A DNA stretch of 64,000 bases, taken from positions 94,785-158,784 of the forward strand of contig MHFI01000036.1 in the NCBI GenBank assembly GCA_001804125.1, read 5' to 3'. Shown in pieces: positions 30,361 through 42,126 of this stretch (position 1 is its first letter; each line of letters begins with the position of its first letter). The position numbers were made by a program, and so were the translations under genes. Below the pieces are notes generated by a model, which was given only the letters and a program-made list of their open reading frames with translations, had not been told where the DNA came from and did not search any database. The stretch is from Omnitrophica bacterium RIFCSPHIGHO2_02_FULL_51_18 (GTDB lineage Bacteria; Omnitrophota; Gorgyraeia; 2-02-FULL-51-18).

Positions 30361-32467
30361 CGCGTCTCGAGACAACCGGAGGACCGTCGGTTGCGCTTTG
30401 CTTTTTCGAAAGATTGATACGACCCTGCATGTCAATCTCGATCACCTTGACGGGGAACTCATCGCCGACCTTGACCACGTCCTCGATGTTGTCCACGTAC
30501 TTGTCGGAGAGCTCAGAAACGTGCACCAACCCTTCCTTGCCCGGCAGGATTTCACAAAACGCGCCGAAGTTCATGATGCGTTTAACCTTGCCCTGATAGA
30601 CTTTACCGACCTCCGCTTCGGCTGTGATTCCATGAATCATCTCGATCGCTTTCTTCGCGCACTCATTGTCCGTCGAGGCGATCTTCACGGTGCCGTCATC
30701 CTCCACTTCAATCGAAGCGCCTGAATCAGCCGTGATCTTCCGGATCATCTTGCCGCCGGGGCCGATGATTTCACGGATTTTCTCGGGGTCCACTTTGATC
30801 GTCGTGATGCGCGGCGCGAATTTTGACACGTCCTTGCGCGGCACGGCGAGGGCTTGGGTCATTTTTTTTAAGATCTCAAGCCGGGCTTCCCTGGCCTGCT
30901 CAAGCGCTTTCTTGAGCGTCGAAATGTCAAGAGAATCCTTAAGCTTGATGTCCAACTGTACGGCCGTTACGCCTTTTTCGGTGCCGGTGACCTTAAAATC
31001 CATATCTCCCAGATGGTCTTCAACGCCCGCGATGTCCGTCAGAATGGCCACGCGCTCTTTCTCTTTCACAAGACCCATCGCGATGCCGCTGACAGGCGCT
31101 TTAATCGGGACACCCGCATCCATCAGGGCCAGCGTGCCCGAGCAGACGCTCGCCATGCTCGAAGAACCGTTGGATTCCAAAATGTCGGAAACCACGCGGA
31201 TCGTGTAGGGAAACTCCTCTTTTGAGGGAATCACTGCCCTTAGGCCCCTTTCCGCCAAAGCACCATGCCCGATCTCACGCCGTCCGGGTCCGCGGTTGGG
31301 GCGCATCTCACCCACCGAGAATGAGGGAAAATTATAGTGAAACATGAACGTCTTAAAGATATCCCCCTCGATCGCGTCGATAATCTGCTCATTTCGTGAC
31401 GTGCCAAGAGTCACCACACCCAGCGACTGCGTCTGGCCGCGGGTGAAAAGAGCTGAGCCGTGCGTGCGCGGGAGCACCCCGATTTCGCAGCTCACATTTC
31501 TTATTTCATTGAATTTTCTTCCGTCCGTGCGGAGGTGCTTGCCGAGTATGAACTCACGCACCTCTTCTTTTTCCACATCGTGAAAGGCCTGTTGAACCTG
31601 AAGCTCGTTGACCTCCCCGCCCTCGACCACGAGCGCCTCAAGCACTTTCTTATTCAGCGCTTGAATGGCTTCGTCGCGGGATTCTTTCGTTTTCTCGCTG
31701 TGATTGATATGATCGATCGACTTTGCTGATAAATCACGCACTTTTTTCATAAGCGCTTCGGTCGGTTTGGTAAGCGTCACTTTCCAAACCTCCTTGCCGC
31801 AAGCCTTGGCCATCTCTTTCTGCAGTTTTAAAACAGGCTTTAAAACCTCCGTCGCGTATTCCAAAGCTTCGACGATTCGCGCTTCGGAAACAATGCTTGC
31901 CCCCGCCTCGATCATAATGATCCCGAGCTCCGTGGTGGCCACCACGATATCCAGCGTGCTTTTCTCAACCTCTTTGAAAGTGGGATTTACGACAAATTTT
32001 CCCTCGACCTCTCCGACCCGGCAAGCGGCCGCCGGGCCCAGGTAAGGAATGCCGGAAATCATGAGCGCCGCCGAAGCGGCGTTTATCGCGAGAACATCGG
32101 AATTATTTTCCTTGTCACTCGACAAAACCGTGGCCGTGATTTGGACTTCGTTAAGGAAGCCTTCGGGGAATAAAGGGCGCAGAGGCCTGTCAATGAGGCG
32201 CGAGGTCAGTGTCTCTTTTTCAGAGGCCCTGCCTTCACGCTTGAAATAACCGCCGGGAATTTTTCCCCCGGCATAGCTTTTTTCCTGGTAGTCGACGGTC
32301 AGGGGGAAGAAATCGGTGCCCTCTTTGGGCTCGCGGGCGCCGCAAACGGCCACCAGTACCATCGTGCCGCCGGTGCTCACCACGACGGAGCCGTCGGCCT
32401 GTTTGGCCATACGGCCTGTTTCAAAGGACAGCGCTTTCTGTCCGAGAAGAATCTCGAATTTTTTCAC
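30317..32467 (-). CDS. pnp: polyribonucleotide nucleotidyltransferase (PNPase)
   Basis: 716 aa. It has two RNase PH domains, a KH domain and an S1 domain. The N-terminus is typical (FETGRMAKQADGSV). Confidence 0.95.
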   Translation of the reverse strand: MKKFEILLGQKALSFETGRMAKQADGSVVVSTGGTMVLVAVCGAREPKEGTDFFPLTVDYQEKSYAGGKIPGGYFKREGRASEKETLTSRLIDRPLRPLFPEGFLNEVQITATVLSSDKENNSDVLAINAASAALMISGIPYLGPAAACRVGEVEGKFVVNPTFKEVEKSTLDIVVATTELGIIMIEAGASIVSEARIVEALEYATEVLKPVLKLQKEMAKACGKEVWKVTLTKPTEALMKKVRDLSAKSIDHINHSEKTKESRDEAIQALNKKVLEALVVEGGEVNELQVQQAFHDVEKEEVREFILGKHLRTDGRKFNEIRNVSCEIGVLPRTHGSALFTRGQTQSLGVVTLGTSRNEQIIDAIEGDIFKTFMFHYNFPSFSVGEMRPNRGPGRREIGHGALAERGLRAVIPSKEEFPYTIRVVSDILESNGSSSMASVCSGTLALMDAGVPIKAPVSGIAMGLVKEKERVAILTDIAGVEDHLGDMDFKVTGTEKGVTAVQLDIKLKDSLDISTLKKALEQAREARLEILKKMTQALAVPRKDVSKFAPRITTIKVDPEKIREIIGPGGKMIRKITADSGASIEVEDDGTVKIASTDNECAKKAIEMIHGITAEAEVGKVYQGKVKRIMNFGAFCEILPGKEGLVHVSELSDKYVDNIEDVVKVGDEFPVKVIEIDMQGRINLSKKQSATDGPPVVSRRGENSKNSGKKKSWN

Positions 32468-32474
32468 TGCGGGC

Positions 32475-32744
32475 CTACTTTCTTAGGCTCAGCTGATCAA
32501 TCAGCTTGTAGTACGCGTCTTGGTCCTCGCGCTTCAAAAAATCAAGGAGCTTTCGGCGTTGCGATACAAGCATCAACAGCCCGCGTCGGGAATGATTGTC
32601 CTTGGTGTGAGACTTGAAATGGCTGCCTAAGTTGTTGATTCTTTCCGTCAAGACCGCAATTTGGACAAATGAAGAACCCGTGTCCTTGTCATGGGTCTTG
32701 AATTTCTGGATCACTTCCTTTTTTCTCGTCTTAGTGATGGACAT
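32475..32744 (-). CDS. rpsO: 30S ribosomal protein S15
   Basis: 89 aa. It contains [29 protein letters not shown]. Confidence 0.95.
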   Translation of the reverse strand: MSITKTRKKEVIQKFKTHDKDTGSSFVQIAVLTERINNLGSHFKSHTKDNHSRRGLLMLVSQRRKLLDFLKREDQDAYYKLIDQLSLRK

Positions 32745-32887
32745 TCTTGACTCTTTCTGTTTTAGCTGTCCAAACCCGCATTAGGCTGTCGAAAATCATA
32801 AGTCCTTGGAAACAAACCAATTAAAAACTTTGGGCCGGAAAATCTTTGCCCATGCAAAGTTTGGAATAACTGTTGGTTTAACTCGGG

Positions 32888-33832
32888 CTAAATTATACTG
32901 GCTTTAACAGGCTTTGTAAAGAGAAATAAGGTTTCCCGAATGTCGTTCCGGATCGCCGCCTGAAGCAGGGCCGAGCTTTTAAACTTCCGGGTGTCCCGCA
33001 AACGCGCTATAAATATCAATTCCAACTCCTTGCCATAAATGTTCTTATGAAAATTTAAAAAATGCGCTTCGAGGCTTTTCTGCTGATCTTTAAATGTCGG
33101 CCGCACTCCGATATGAATCACTCCCTTTAATCTCCGGCCCCCGAGAAATCCGTAAGCGGCGTACACCCCGTTGGGCGGCAAGGTCTCATGGTGCATGTTG
33201 AGATTGGCCGTGGGAAAACCCGTCGACCGGCCCCGCCCGCGCCCCCGCACGACCGTCCCGTAAACCGACACGGGCCGGCCAAGCATTTGCCGGGCTTTTT
33301 TAAGCTCGCCTCTTTCCACAAGCTGCCGAATCCGGGTGCTGGAGATGATCTCACGACCGTGCTTTAACGCCTGGATCAGAGAAAGCTTGAATTTCAGGCG
33401 CCTGGATTCCGCTTTAAGAAATGCGGTATTGCCGGCGCCTTTACAGCCAAAGCGGAAATCATGGCCCACCGTCAGCGATCTCATGTTCAGTTGCTTCAGG
33501 AGAACCTCCTCTAAAAACTCTCGGCGGGAAATCACGGCGATTTTCTTATTGAAATGAATCACAATCGTCTCGGCCGCGCCCAGCGCTTTGAAGATCCGAA
33601 GCCGGTGCGGCAGGGACATCAGGATCGGCTCTTTGGAGCGGGGCCTTAAGACCCGGTTCGGGTGCGGATCAAACGTGATGACCGTTGGACTTAAATGAAA
33701 CCGCCGGGCCTGCGCAAGCATCCGGTTTAAAATTTTCCGGTGACCGCGGTGCACGCCGTCAAATACGCCGATCGCCACTGCGCGCGGCGCGGGTTTGATT
33801 TTCCTGTCGTTAATTCCGTGATACAGTTTCAT
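32888..33832 (-). CDS. ribF: bifunctional riboflavin kinase / FMN adenylyltransferase
   Basis: 314 aa. It carries GVFDGVHRGH and a C-terminal riboflavin kinase domain. Confidence 0.9.
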   Translation of the reverse strand: MKLYHGINDRKIKPAPRAVAIGVFDGVHRGHRKILNRMLAQARRFHLSPTVITFDPHPNRVLRPRSKEPILMSLPHRLRIFKALGAAETIVIHFNKKIAVISRREFLEEVLLKQLNMRSLTVGHDFRFGCKGAGNTAFLKAESRRLKFKLSLIQALKHGREIISSTRIRQLVERGELKKARQMLGRPVSVYGTVVRGRGRGRSTGFPTANLNMHHETLPPNGVYAAYGFLGGRRLKGVIHIGVRPTFKDQQKSLEAHFLNFHKNIYGKELELIFIARLRDTRKFKSSALLQAAIRNDIRETLFLFTKPVKASII

Positions 33833-34520
33833 TTCTTACGGGGTCAAAATTTAAAAGCATGCGCTCCAGAAGATCGCACGGCAATCGGTCCGTTCGTTCC
33901 CGTGTAAGCGCATGGGCCAGTCGAAAAGGGCCCACACGGTTCCGGACTAAGGCTGAAAGCGTGGCGCCGCAACCAAGTCTTTTGCCGACATCATCGCACA
34001 AGGAACGCACATAAGCGCCTTTGGAGCAGGTCAGAAAAAAATAAACTTCCGGCGGATCCCATCGCGTGATGGAGAACTGTGAAATAACCACTTCGCGCGG
34101 CTGGCTCTCAATCACCGCACCCTGACGCGCCAGTTCATACATTTTTTTGCCCTTCTGACGAACCGCCGAATAAGCGGGGGGTGTCTGAAGTTTGTTTCCT
34201 GTAAGCTCGGCAAAAATCGAATGGACGCGAGCCTCATCGGGAAAAACCGGCTGCCCTCCAAAAAGCACCCTTCCCTCCAGATCCTGCGTGTCCGTGGAAA
34301 ACCCGAGTGTTAGGGCGCCTGAGTAATCCTTGTCCATGGAAGTGAGAACACTCGAAAGCTTCGTGGCCTTTCCAATCAGCATAACGAGAAGCCCCGTCGC
34401 CAGAGGGTCCAGCGTGCCCGCGTGCCCCACGCTTTTTTGCCGGATTTTCTTCCGGATGAAATCCACGGCATCGTGGCTCGTCCAAAGAATCGGCTTATTG
34501 AACAGAAGGATTCCATCCAT
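33810..34520 (-). CDS. truB: tRNA pseudouridine(55) synthase
   Basis: 236 aa. It begins LLFNKPILWTSHDAV and carries GHAGTLDPLATGLL with the catalytic Asp. Confidence 0.9.
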   Translation of the reverse strand: MDGILLFNKPILWTSHDAVDFIRKKIRQKSVGHAGTLDPLATGLLVMLIGKATKLSSVLTSMDKDYSGALTLGFSTDTQDLEGRVLFGGQPVFPDEARVHSIFAELTGNKLQTPPAYSAVRQKGKKMYELARQGAVIESQPREVVISQFSITRWDPPEVYFFLTCSKGAYVRSLCDDVGKRLGCGATLSALVRNRVGPFRLAHALTRERTDRLPCDLLERMLLNFDPVRNETVSRN

Positions 34521-34531
34521 AGCATTATGAC

Positions 34532-34598
34532 GTCATTCTGAGCGAAGCGAAGAATCTCAAGCTTGAGATCCTTCGGCGCTACTGCGCCTCAGGATGAC
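34532..34598. repeat. family-A nested-hairpin repeat copy A1 (rbfA-truB spacer)
   Basis: GTCATTCTGAGCGAAGCGAAGAATCTCAAGCTTGAGATCCTTCGGCGCTACTGCGCCTCAGGATGAC. The outer inverted repeat is GTCATyCTGAG / CTCAGGATGAC. The centre is a perfect 16 bp palindrome, ATCTCAAGCTTGAGAT. Confidence 0.75.
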
Positions 34599-34602
34599 GT
34601 AT

Positions 34603-34953
34603 TCATTCTTCTTTTTCCTTCTTTATCTGTTTCAGGATCTCGTCGATGCGGGAACTGTTTTCGATCGACCGGTCGAGCTCGAATTTGATTTCCATCGCAT
34701 ATTTCATGTTGATCCGCTCGACCGCAAGCCTTCGGATCGCGCGCATATTTTCGACAAGTGCGGCTTGGGTTTCTTTGACTTTTTCTTCTTCGCCCAACAC
34801 GCTGTAAAATACCTTCGCGTACCGCAGATCATGGGTCAGTTCTATGCGGGTGATCGTGATAAAACCCATGCGCGGATCATTTAGATCCTGCAGTAAAATC
34901 ATGCTGATGATTTTTCTCAGCTCTTCGGCTACTTGTTCCGATCGTTGCGACAT
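34603..34953 (-). CDS. rbfA: ribosome-binding factor A
   Basis: RbfA KH-like fold (ITITRIELTHDLRYAKVFYSV). A likely start is the ATG at 34953, 6 nt after GGAG. The track begins at the TTG at 34959. Confidence 0.88.
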   Translation of the reverse strand: MSQRSEQVAEELRKIISMILLQDLNDPRMGFITITRIELTHDLRYAKVFYSVLGEEEKVKETQAALVENMRAIRRLAVERINMKYAMEIKFELDRSIENSSRIDEILKQIKKEKEE

Positions 34954-34969
34954 ATTCAACTCCTACCGT

Positions 34970-35023
34970 GTCATCCCCGCGAAAGCGGGGATCGACATGA
35001 TTCCCGCGTACGCGGGAATGACA
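34970..35023. repeat. two tandem GC-rich hairpins in the xerD-rbfA spacer
   Basis: GTCATCCCCGC-GAAA-GCGGGGATCGAC and ATTCCCGCG-TA-CGCGGGAAT. Confidence 0.65.
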
Positions 35024-35026
35024 GTG

Positions 35027-35950
35027 CTACGGTCTGGGATGAAACTTCTGGTGGATCGACTTAAGCCTCGAACGTTCGACGTGCGTGTAAATTTGAGTCG
35101 TCGCGATATCCGAGTGCCCCAAAAGTTCCTGCACCACGCGCAGGTCCGCGCCGTTTTCCAATAGGTGCGTCGCAAAGGAGTGCCTCAAAATGTGCGGGTA
35201 GACCTTTTTCTTGAGGCGCGCGGATTCCGCGTATTTTTTGAGCAGGCTCCATACGCTCACGCGGGACATGCGCCGTCCGAGACGCGTCACAAACAGCGCT
35301 TCTTCCGCGCGGCCCTTAAGCCACCGGGGCCTCACGCGCGACAAGTAGCGCGCGACGCTTTTTCTGGCGGCCGCGCCGATCGGAACTATCCTTTCCTTGC
35401 CGCCTTTGCCAAGCACCCGCAAATAACCCTGACCAAAGCTCAAATGCCCGACGTTCAACCGGGTCGCCTCGGTCGCGCGGATTCCGGTGGCATACATGAG
35501 CTCTAAAAGCGCCTGGTCCCGTATCCCTTGGGGTTTACGGAGATTCGGCGCTTTGAGCATTTCCTCCACTTCGGCCACGCTTAAGTATTCGGGCAAGCGC
35601 TTCCAAAGCTTCGGCGCTTCCAGCGCCTCCGTGACGTCTTCCTTCAGCCGCCCTTCTTGCGTCAAAAACCGGTGAAACATCCGGACCGCGACGAGCTCCC
35701 TTGAAACGGAGCCCGGCACGAGCCCTCGTTCGCGCTCCTTCATCAAAAAATTCGTGATTTGGCTGCGCGTCACAAAGCTTAAAGACCGGACTTTAAGCCC
35801 GGAGAGGAACGCGAGGTACCTGCTCAGATCCCTTTCATAGGCCACCAGCGTATTTTTGGACAATCCCTTTTCAATCGAGACGTAATCCAAAAATAACAGA
35901 AGCTCTTCGCTCGCCCCGCCCTTCCGAACTGCTTTTTCTCCATTCTTCAT
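35027..35950 (-). CDS. xerD: tyrosine recombinase XerC/XerD
   Basis: 307 aa. It has an N-terminal core-binding domain and the catalytic R..HxxR..Y set ([39 protein letters not shown]). Confidence 0.88.
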   Translation of the reverse strand: MKNGEKAVRKGGASEELLLFLDYVSIEKGLSKNTLVAYERDLSRYLAFLSGLKVRSLSFVTRSQITNFLMKERERGLVPGSVSRELVAVRMFHRFLTQEGRLKEDVTEALEAPKLWKRLPEYLSVAEVEEMLKAPNLRKPQGIRDQALLELMYATGIRATEATRLNVGHLSFGQGYLRVLGKGGKERIVPIGAAARKSVARYLSRVRPRWLKGRAEEALFVTRLGRRMSRVSVWSLLKKYAESARLKKKVYPHILRHSFATHLLENGADLRVVQELLGHSDIATTQIYTHVERSRLKSIHQKFHPRP

Positions 35951-35977
35951 AATTTTTACGCCTTTGGAAGGGCGGGG

Positions 35978-36508
35978 TTAAGGCGTGGAATTCGTATGGG
36001 GCGTTCCTAAGTCGACGATCTCGGGCACCAGCTTGTTTTTTACTTTGTCGTAATAAAAATTATTTGACACGATCCTTTTGATCTTTTCAAGCTCCACCCG
36101 CACGCCGCCTTCTTCGGAGGAAGTGATCGTGCCTTCCTCAAGCCGCTTGGCAATCTTCGTCAGGGAGTCCAGATAAGGCTTAAGTTCGGCCTGCGTTTCC
36201 GGGATAAGGTACCGGTTCAGTTCCGTCAATTGCCCATAAGTTTCCTGGGCGCAGCGCGCCACCTTCTTCGAGTTACCGCCCAATTGATTCACGAGCTCGT
36301 CATGCCAGCTCTTCCATAGCGTGAAATGAGTCTTGTAATAATAATCGTTGGAATATTTTTTCTGGTACGGCCCCTCTTCCAGATACACCGCGGCCGCAAT
36401 GTGCTTCGGCTCCTTCTTCTTGCGTGTGAATTTTCTCTGAACGGTCGCGCAACCTGCCAAATCCATCGCGAGTGTCAGAATAAAAAAATACGTTAGAAAT
36501 CTTTTCAT
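35978..36508 (-). CDS. hypothetical lipoprotein
   Basis: 176 aa. It has a signal peptide with the lipobox LAGC, followed by a charged soluble domain with no known motif. Confidence 0.55.
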   Translation of the reverse strand: MKRFLTYFFILTLAMDLAGCATVQRKFTRKKKEPKHIAAAVYLEEGPYQKKYSNDYYYKTHFTLWKSWHDELVNQLGGNSKKVARCAQETYGQLTELNRYLIPETQAELKPYLDSLTKIAKRLEEGTITSSEEGGVRVELEKIKRIVSNNFYYDKVKNKLVPEIVDLGTPHTNSTP

Positions 36509-36525
36509 ATCATCCCTTATCCGGT

Positions 36526-36638
36526 GTCATTTCGAGCGAAGTCCCGTTAGAAATCACATTTCTAACGGAATGGAGCGAGAAATCTCATCAAGTCGTGTGA
36601 TAAGATCTCTCGGCCGCCAGCGGCGACCTTGAGATGAC
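36526..36638. repeat. family-B nested-hairpin repeat copy B1 (ligA-lipoprotein spacer)
   Basis: GTCATTTCGAGCGAAGT-[CCGTTAGAAAT-CAC-ATTTCTAACGG]-AATGGAGCGAGAAATCTCATCAAGTCGTGTGATAAGATCTCTCGGCCGCCAGCGGCGACCTTGAGATGAC. It shares about 65 nt with the copy at 53266-53344. Confidence 0.75.
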
Positions 36639-36661
36639 AGAAAACTATCCGTAAGATTTTA

Positions 36662-38981
<2,320 letters not shown>

Positions 38982-39026
38982 GTTTAGGGTTATAAATTAT
39001 AATACAACGTCGGCGAAAGCGTCATT

Positions 39027-39208
39027 GGTTATTTTCCCGCATTCTCGCGGTTATTCCGCGACCATTTTTTGCAAGTCCCGGGAGCCTCGGCAAAACGGCA
39101 AAAACTCGGGCTGGGCCGCCCTCGGACAATTGCCGTTTTGCCGCTTCCCGGAGGACTTGGCAAAAAATGGTCATGAGCGAAATACCGCTCGAAACGGGAA
39201 AATAACCA
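39027..39208. mobile_element. MITE-like palindromic element, family D copy 2, nested in an outer inverted repeat
   Basis: The core GACCATTTTTTGCAAGTCCCGGGAGCCTCGGCAAAACGGCAAAAACTCGGGCTGGGCCGCCCTCGGACAATTGCCGTTTTGCCGCTTCCCGGAGGACTTGGCAAAAAATGGTC spans 39060-39172. It is flanked by TGGTTATTTTCCCG / CGGGAAAATAACCA. Confidence 0.65.
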
Positions 39209-39223
39209 AACTACTGATCAGAA

Positions 39224-39417
39224 GAATAGACCCCAACCTTTTTATTCGCATCGCCGCGCTTGTGACTTCGACATAAATCATAAGGGAGACGGCTAAGAGA
39301 AAATTGTCCGAGGCGTCTTTTGGCTAAAAGACGCCGAGTTATTTTCTATTAGCCGAGGGCTCCCATGATTTATGGAGAAGTCACGCGGCATAAGAAGAAA
39401 AAGGTTGGGGTCTATTC
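39224..39417. mobile_element. MITE-like element with roughly 60 bp terminal inverted repeats
   Basis: GAATAGACCCCAACCTTTTT at 39224-39243 is the exact inverse of AAAAAGGTTGGGGTCTATTC at 39398-39417. The arms remain similar for about 60 nt. The centre carries a GGCGTCTTTTGGCTAAAAGACGCC hairpin. Confidence 0.65.
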
Positions 39418-39431
39418 AGTTGGTCGTTTAA

Positions 39432-39908
39432 CTATGGCCGCGTGGTCTGCTCGTGCCGGAGAAGCCAACCTTTCTTTTTAATGCCAAGCGCGTAGCCGCC
39501 CAAACTTCCGTCGTGACGAATGACGCGATGACACGGAACAATAATCGGGATCGGGTTATCGCCAACAGCGCTTGCCGCGGCTCGAATAGCTTGAGGTTTT
39601 CCGGCACGCCTGGCGATCTCTTTGTAAGAAACTGTGCCGCCGAACGGAATCTTGATTATCTCACTCCAAACTCTTTTCTGGAATGCTGTGCCGTTGAGAC
39701 TGACGGGCAAATTGAATGATTTGCGTCGACCTAAAAAATATTGGGACAACTGCATGGAGCATTTCTTGGACAACAAAGAATGAAATCGTCGAAGCGGCTC
39801 GACACGTTTTTTGGCGGACAGGACCCGTAACGCCGCAAGTCCGCGCTCGTCACAGGTTATTTCAAGAGGTCCGATGGGTGAGCGATAATAAGCGGCAACG
39901 GTCGTCAT
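39432..39908 (-). CDS. ogt: methylated-DNA--protein-cysteine methyltransferase
   Basis: 158 aa. It carries the active-site motif IPCHRVI in a C-terminal DNA-binding domain. Confidence 0.85.
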   Translation of the reverse strand: MTTVAAYYRSPIGPLEITCDERGLAALRVLSAKKRVEPLRRFHSLLSKKCSMQLSQYFLGRRKSFNLPVSLNGTAFQKRVWSEIIKIPFGGTVSYKEIARRAGKPQAIRAAASAVGDNPIPIIVPCHRVIRHDGSLGGYALGIKKKGWLLRHEQTTRP

Positions 39909-39918
39909 GAGGCCGCCA

Positions 39919-40329
39919 TTATAACTCAGGCAGGATGCTTAAATAAAATGCTTTATCTTTTTTGTGGGTCAGAAGCTCGGCTACGCTTTGTTTGTCCACC
40001 CAGCGGGCTTCCGGATGATCGGGATCCACCGGTTTCAGCGTCTCTTCACTCGTCGTGAAAAGAAATAAATGAATCTTTTTCATCTCCGTCTTGTCATCGC
40101 CGCCCTTTAAACTGATGCGCGGGCGCTCGTAACTACCCAATGACTTTATAAGTTTGAGCTCCCGAACGCCGGTTTCTTCGTAGATCTCTCTTTTGGCGGC
40201 TTCGAGCGCCTCCTCGCCGGGATCGATGTGGCCTTTAGGCAGAGACCAGGAGCGGCCGTGCTGGCTCACGATTAAAACCTGCCCGTTTTTATTCAAAACG
40301 ACGCCGCCCGCGCTTTCGGTGTATTTCAT
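39919..40329 (-). CDS. NUDIX hydrolase
   Basis: 136 aa. It carries the Nudix box GHIDPGEEALEAAKREIYEETGV. Confidence 0.85.
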   Translation of the reverse strand: MKYTESAGGVVLNKNGQVLIVSQHGRSWSLPKGHIDPGEEALEAAKREIYEETGVRELKLIKSLGSYERPRISLKGGDDKTEMKKIHLFLFTTSEETLKPVDPDHPEARWVDKQSVAELLTHKKDKAFYLSILPEL

Positions 40330-40344
40330 GAAGGATTTAGAGAA

Positions 40345-42126
40345 TCAGGTGTGTTCGAACGAAGTCTTGGCGACATTATAAACGCTTGGGAACCCGGGAA
40401 TTTGGTAATTGGCGTCGTCGAGTGCCGTGTCGTAACTCCACGCGCGGTTCGGCGCCGTGTAGTAGTTGCCGCCGTAAATCCAGCCGCCGGTCGCCATCTG
40501 GCTGTTAAAGAGCACAATAGTTGAACCGGAGTAAGTTAGGGTTTTGCCGCTCCATCCCTCCAAAAAGCGGGGAAGGTTTTCAAAACCCCCGTTGTAATTG
40601 CCGGGCGTGGTCGTCGTGTTGCCCGCAATGACAGTCGTGTTGACCGTCGTGTTGGAAGCGGTGCGATTTGAAAGCGACATTGCGCTCTTAGCGTCATTCC
40701 AGGCGTTCGAAAGCACATTGAACGAGTCTCCGACGACACCGGCTGGTTGTTTACTCACCGTGTTGAAATCACCTTTCAGATAAATCGGATTCTCGGCTGC
40801 GACCGTGAGGCCTTGGGTCGGAAGCGATGAGCCGTTCTTGAGCCGCACCGCGTCCTGATTCACGGCGGATCCCTGATTGCGGCGGTCACTCACGTAAACA
40901 ATCACGCCGTTCGCTGCGGATGCGATGGATTGAAAATTCGGGCTGCTTTTAAGAAGCGCTACGTCGATGTCCGTCGAAGTGATTGTTTTGGCTTCCCTGA
41001 AATTATAAAAGGTTGTGGAAGTGATGGGATTCACAATCGTTTCCCCTCCGGGGCAACTGCCGGTGTACACGCTGCCGCCCGAGCAATAACGCAATTCCAC
41101 GGAACTGCCGGCCTGGTTCGTCACCGCACCGTCGATAATGCGAAGATGCGCCTTGTAATCGATTTTCTGGGACTGGACCTGCGTGGAATCGCCGGCATCG
41201 CGGCGCTCAATCAACGCATGCGGCTCTGAGCCGGTCGGGAGCGGCAGGTTTAAACTGGACACGCCGTGGAAGCTGGAACTCACATTGCCGTCCCAACGCT
41301 CTTGAGATTCTAACAGCCAGTCGGCGTGAAGGCTGTCCAGCCAAGTGCCGTCGCCGTTTTTCATGTTCTGGTCCGTGCCGCCTCCGTCCTTGATAAATAC
41401 ACCGCCGGCCATAACAGCGCTTGGGTCATCCTTGCGGCCGTGGTAAATATTGCCGGCGGCCGTGAGATCGGAGTTGAAGTTAAGCGTGGCATTCGTGCCC
41501 AGGTACATACTCGCGTTGGAATGCACGGGACCGGCAAACGTCATGCTCGGGCCCGGCAAAATCTCCAGGTCCTCTTGATAAAACACGCCGAATTGAAAGA
41601 TCGGAATAAGCTGGATTTCAATGGCCTGCGTCAGACTCACCGCAGCCGGATGATTTGCCTGCGTATCGCGCCCTACCACCGTAATATTCACCGTTTGGAC
41701 AGTGCCGTTCAAGCCGGCATAATCCCCGTCCGTCAGAACCTTCGTAGTCAGGCCTCCGGAATTCGCGATCGCAAGCGTGCTGTTACCCGAAACGTCCTCA
41801 TAGGAGTAATCACTGCCCGTGTTTATCTGGACGTTGGCCATCACGGCCAGTTCCGCCGGCGTCGGTACGGTGCCGAACTGTTGAATGTGAAATTTGATCT
41901 GTGCAACGGCCCTTTCGGTGACGGCCTCCGCCGTATGGAAAGTCTTCAAATAGTCCTCCTGAGTCCTGATCTGCCTGACCGTATGGGCCGAGTACTGAAA
42001 AAGCCCGGCGATCTGCAGGCCAAAAATGGCGATAAATGAAAGAACGATGGGCAGCACAATCCCGCGCTGACCGCCTCCCCAAAATTTAAGCATTACGAAA
42101 CGCCACTTGAGTGGATATGGAGCCAT
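40345..42126 (-). CDS. large PilX-N-like pilus assembly / tip-associated protein
   Basis: 593 aa. It has a single N-terminal hydrophobic segment (QRGIVLPIVLSFIAIFGLQIAGLF) without the +5 Glu. The remainder is rich in G/S/T/N and carries CSGGSVYTGSCPGG. It lies directly downstream of two pilin-like genes. Confidence 0.55.
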   Translation of the reverse strand: MAPYPLKWRFVMLKFWGGGQRGIVLPIVLSFIAIFGLQIAGLFQYSAHTVRQIRTQEDYLKTFHTAEAVTERAVAQIKFHIQQFGTVPTPAELAVMANVQINTGSDYSYEDVSGNSTLAIANSGGLTTKVLTDGDYAGLNGTVQTVNITVVGRDTQANHPAAVSLTQAIEIQLIPIFQFGVFYQEDLEILPGPSMTFAGPVHSNASMYLGTNATLNFNSDLTAAGNIYHGRKDDPSAVMAGGVFIKDGGGTDQNMKNGDGTWLDSLHADWLLESQERWDGNVSSSFHGVSSLNLPLPTGSEPHALIERRDAGDSTQVQSQKIDYKAHLRIIDGAVTNQAGSSVELRYCSGGSVYTGSCPGGETIVNPITSTTFYNFREAKTITSTDIDVALLKSSPNFQSIASAANGVIVYVSDRRNQGSAVNQDAVRLKNGSSLPTQGLTVAAENPIYLKGDFNTVSKQPAGVVGDSFNVLSNAWNDAKSAMSLSNRTASNTTVNTTVIAGNTTTTPGNYNGGFENLPRFLEGWSGKTLTYSGSTIVLFNSQMATGGWIYGGNYYTAPNRAWSYDTALDDANYQIPGFPSVYNVAKTSFEHT

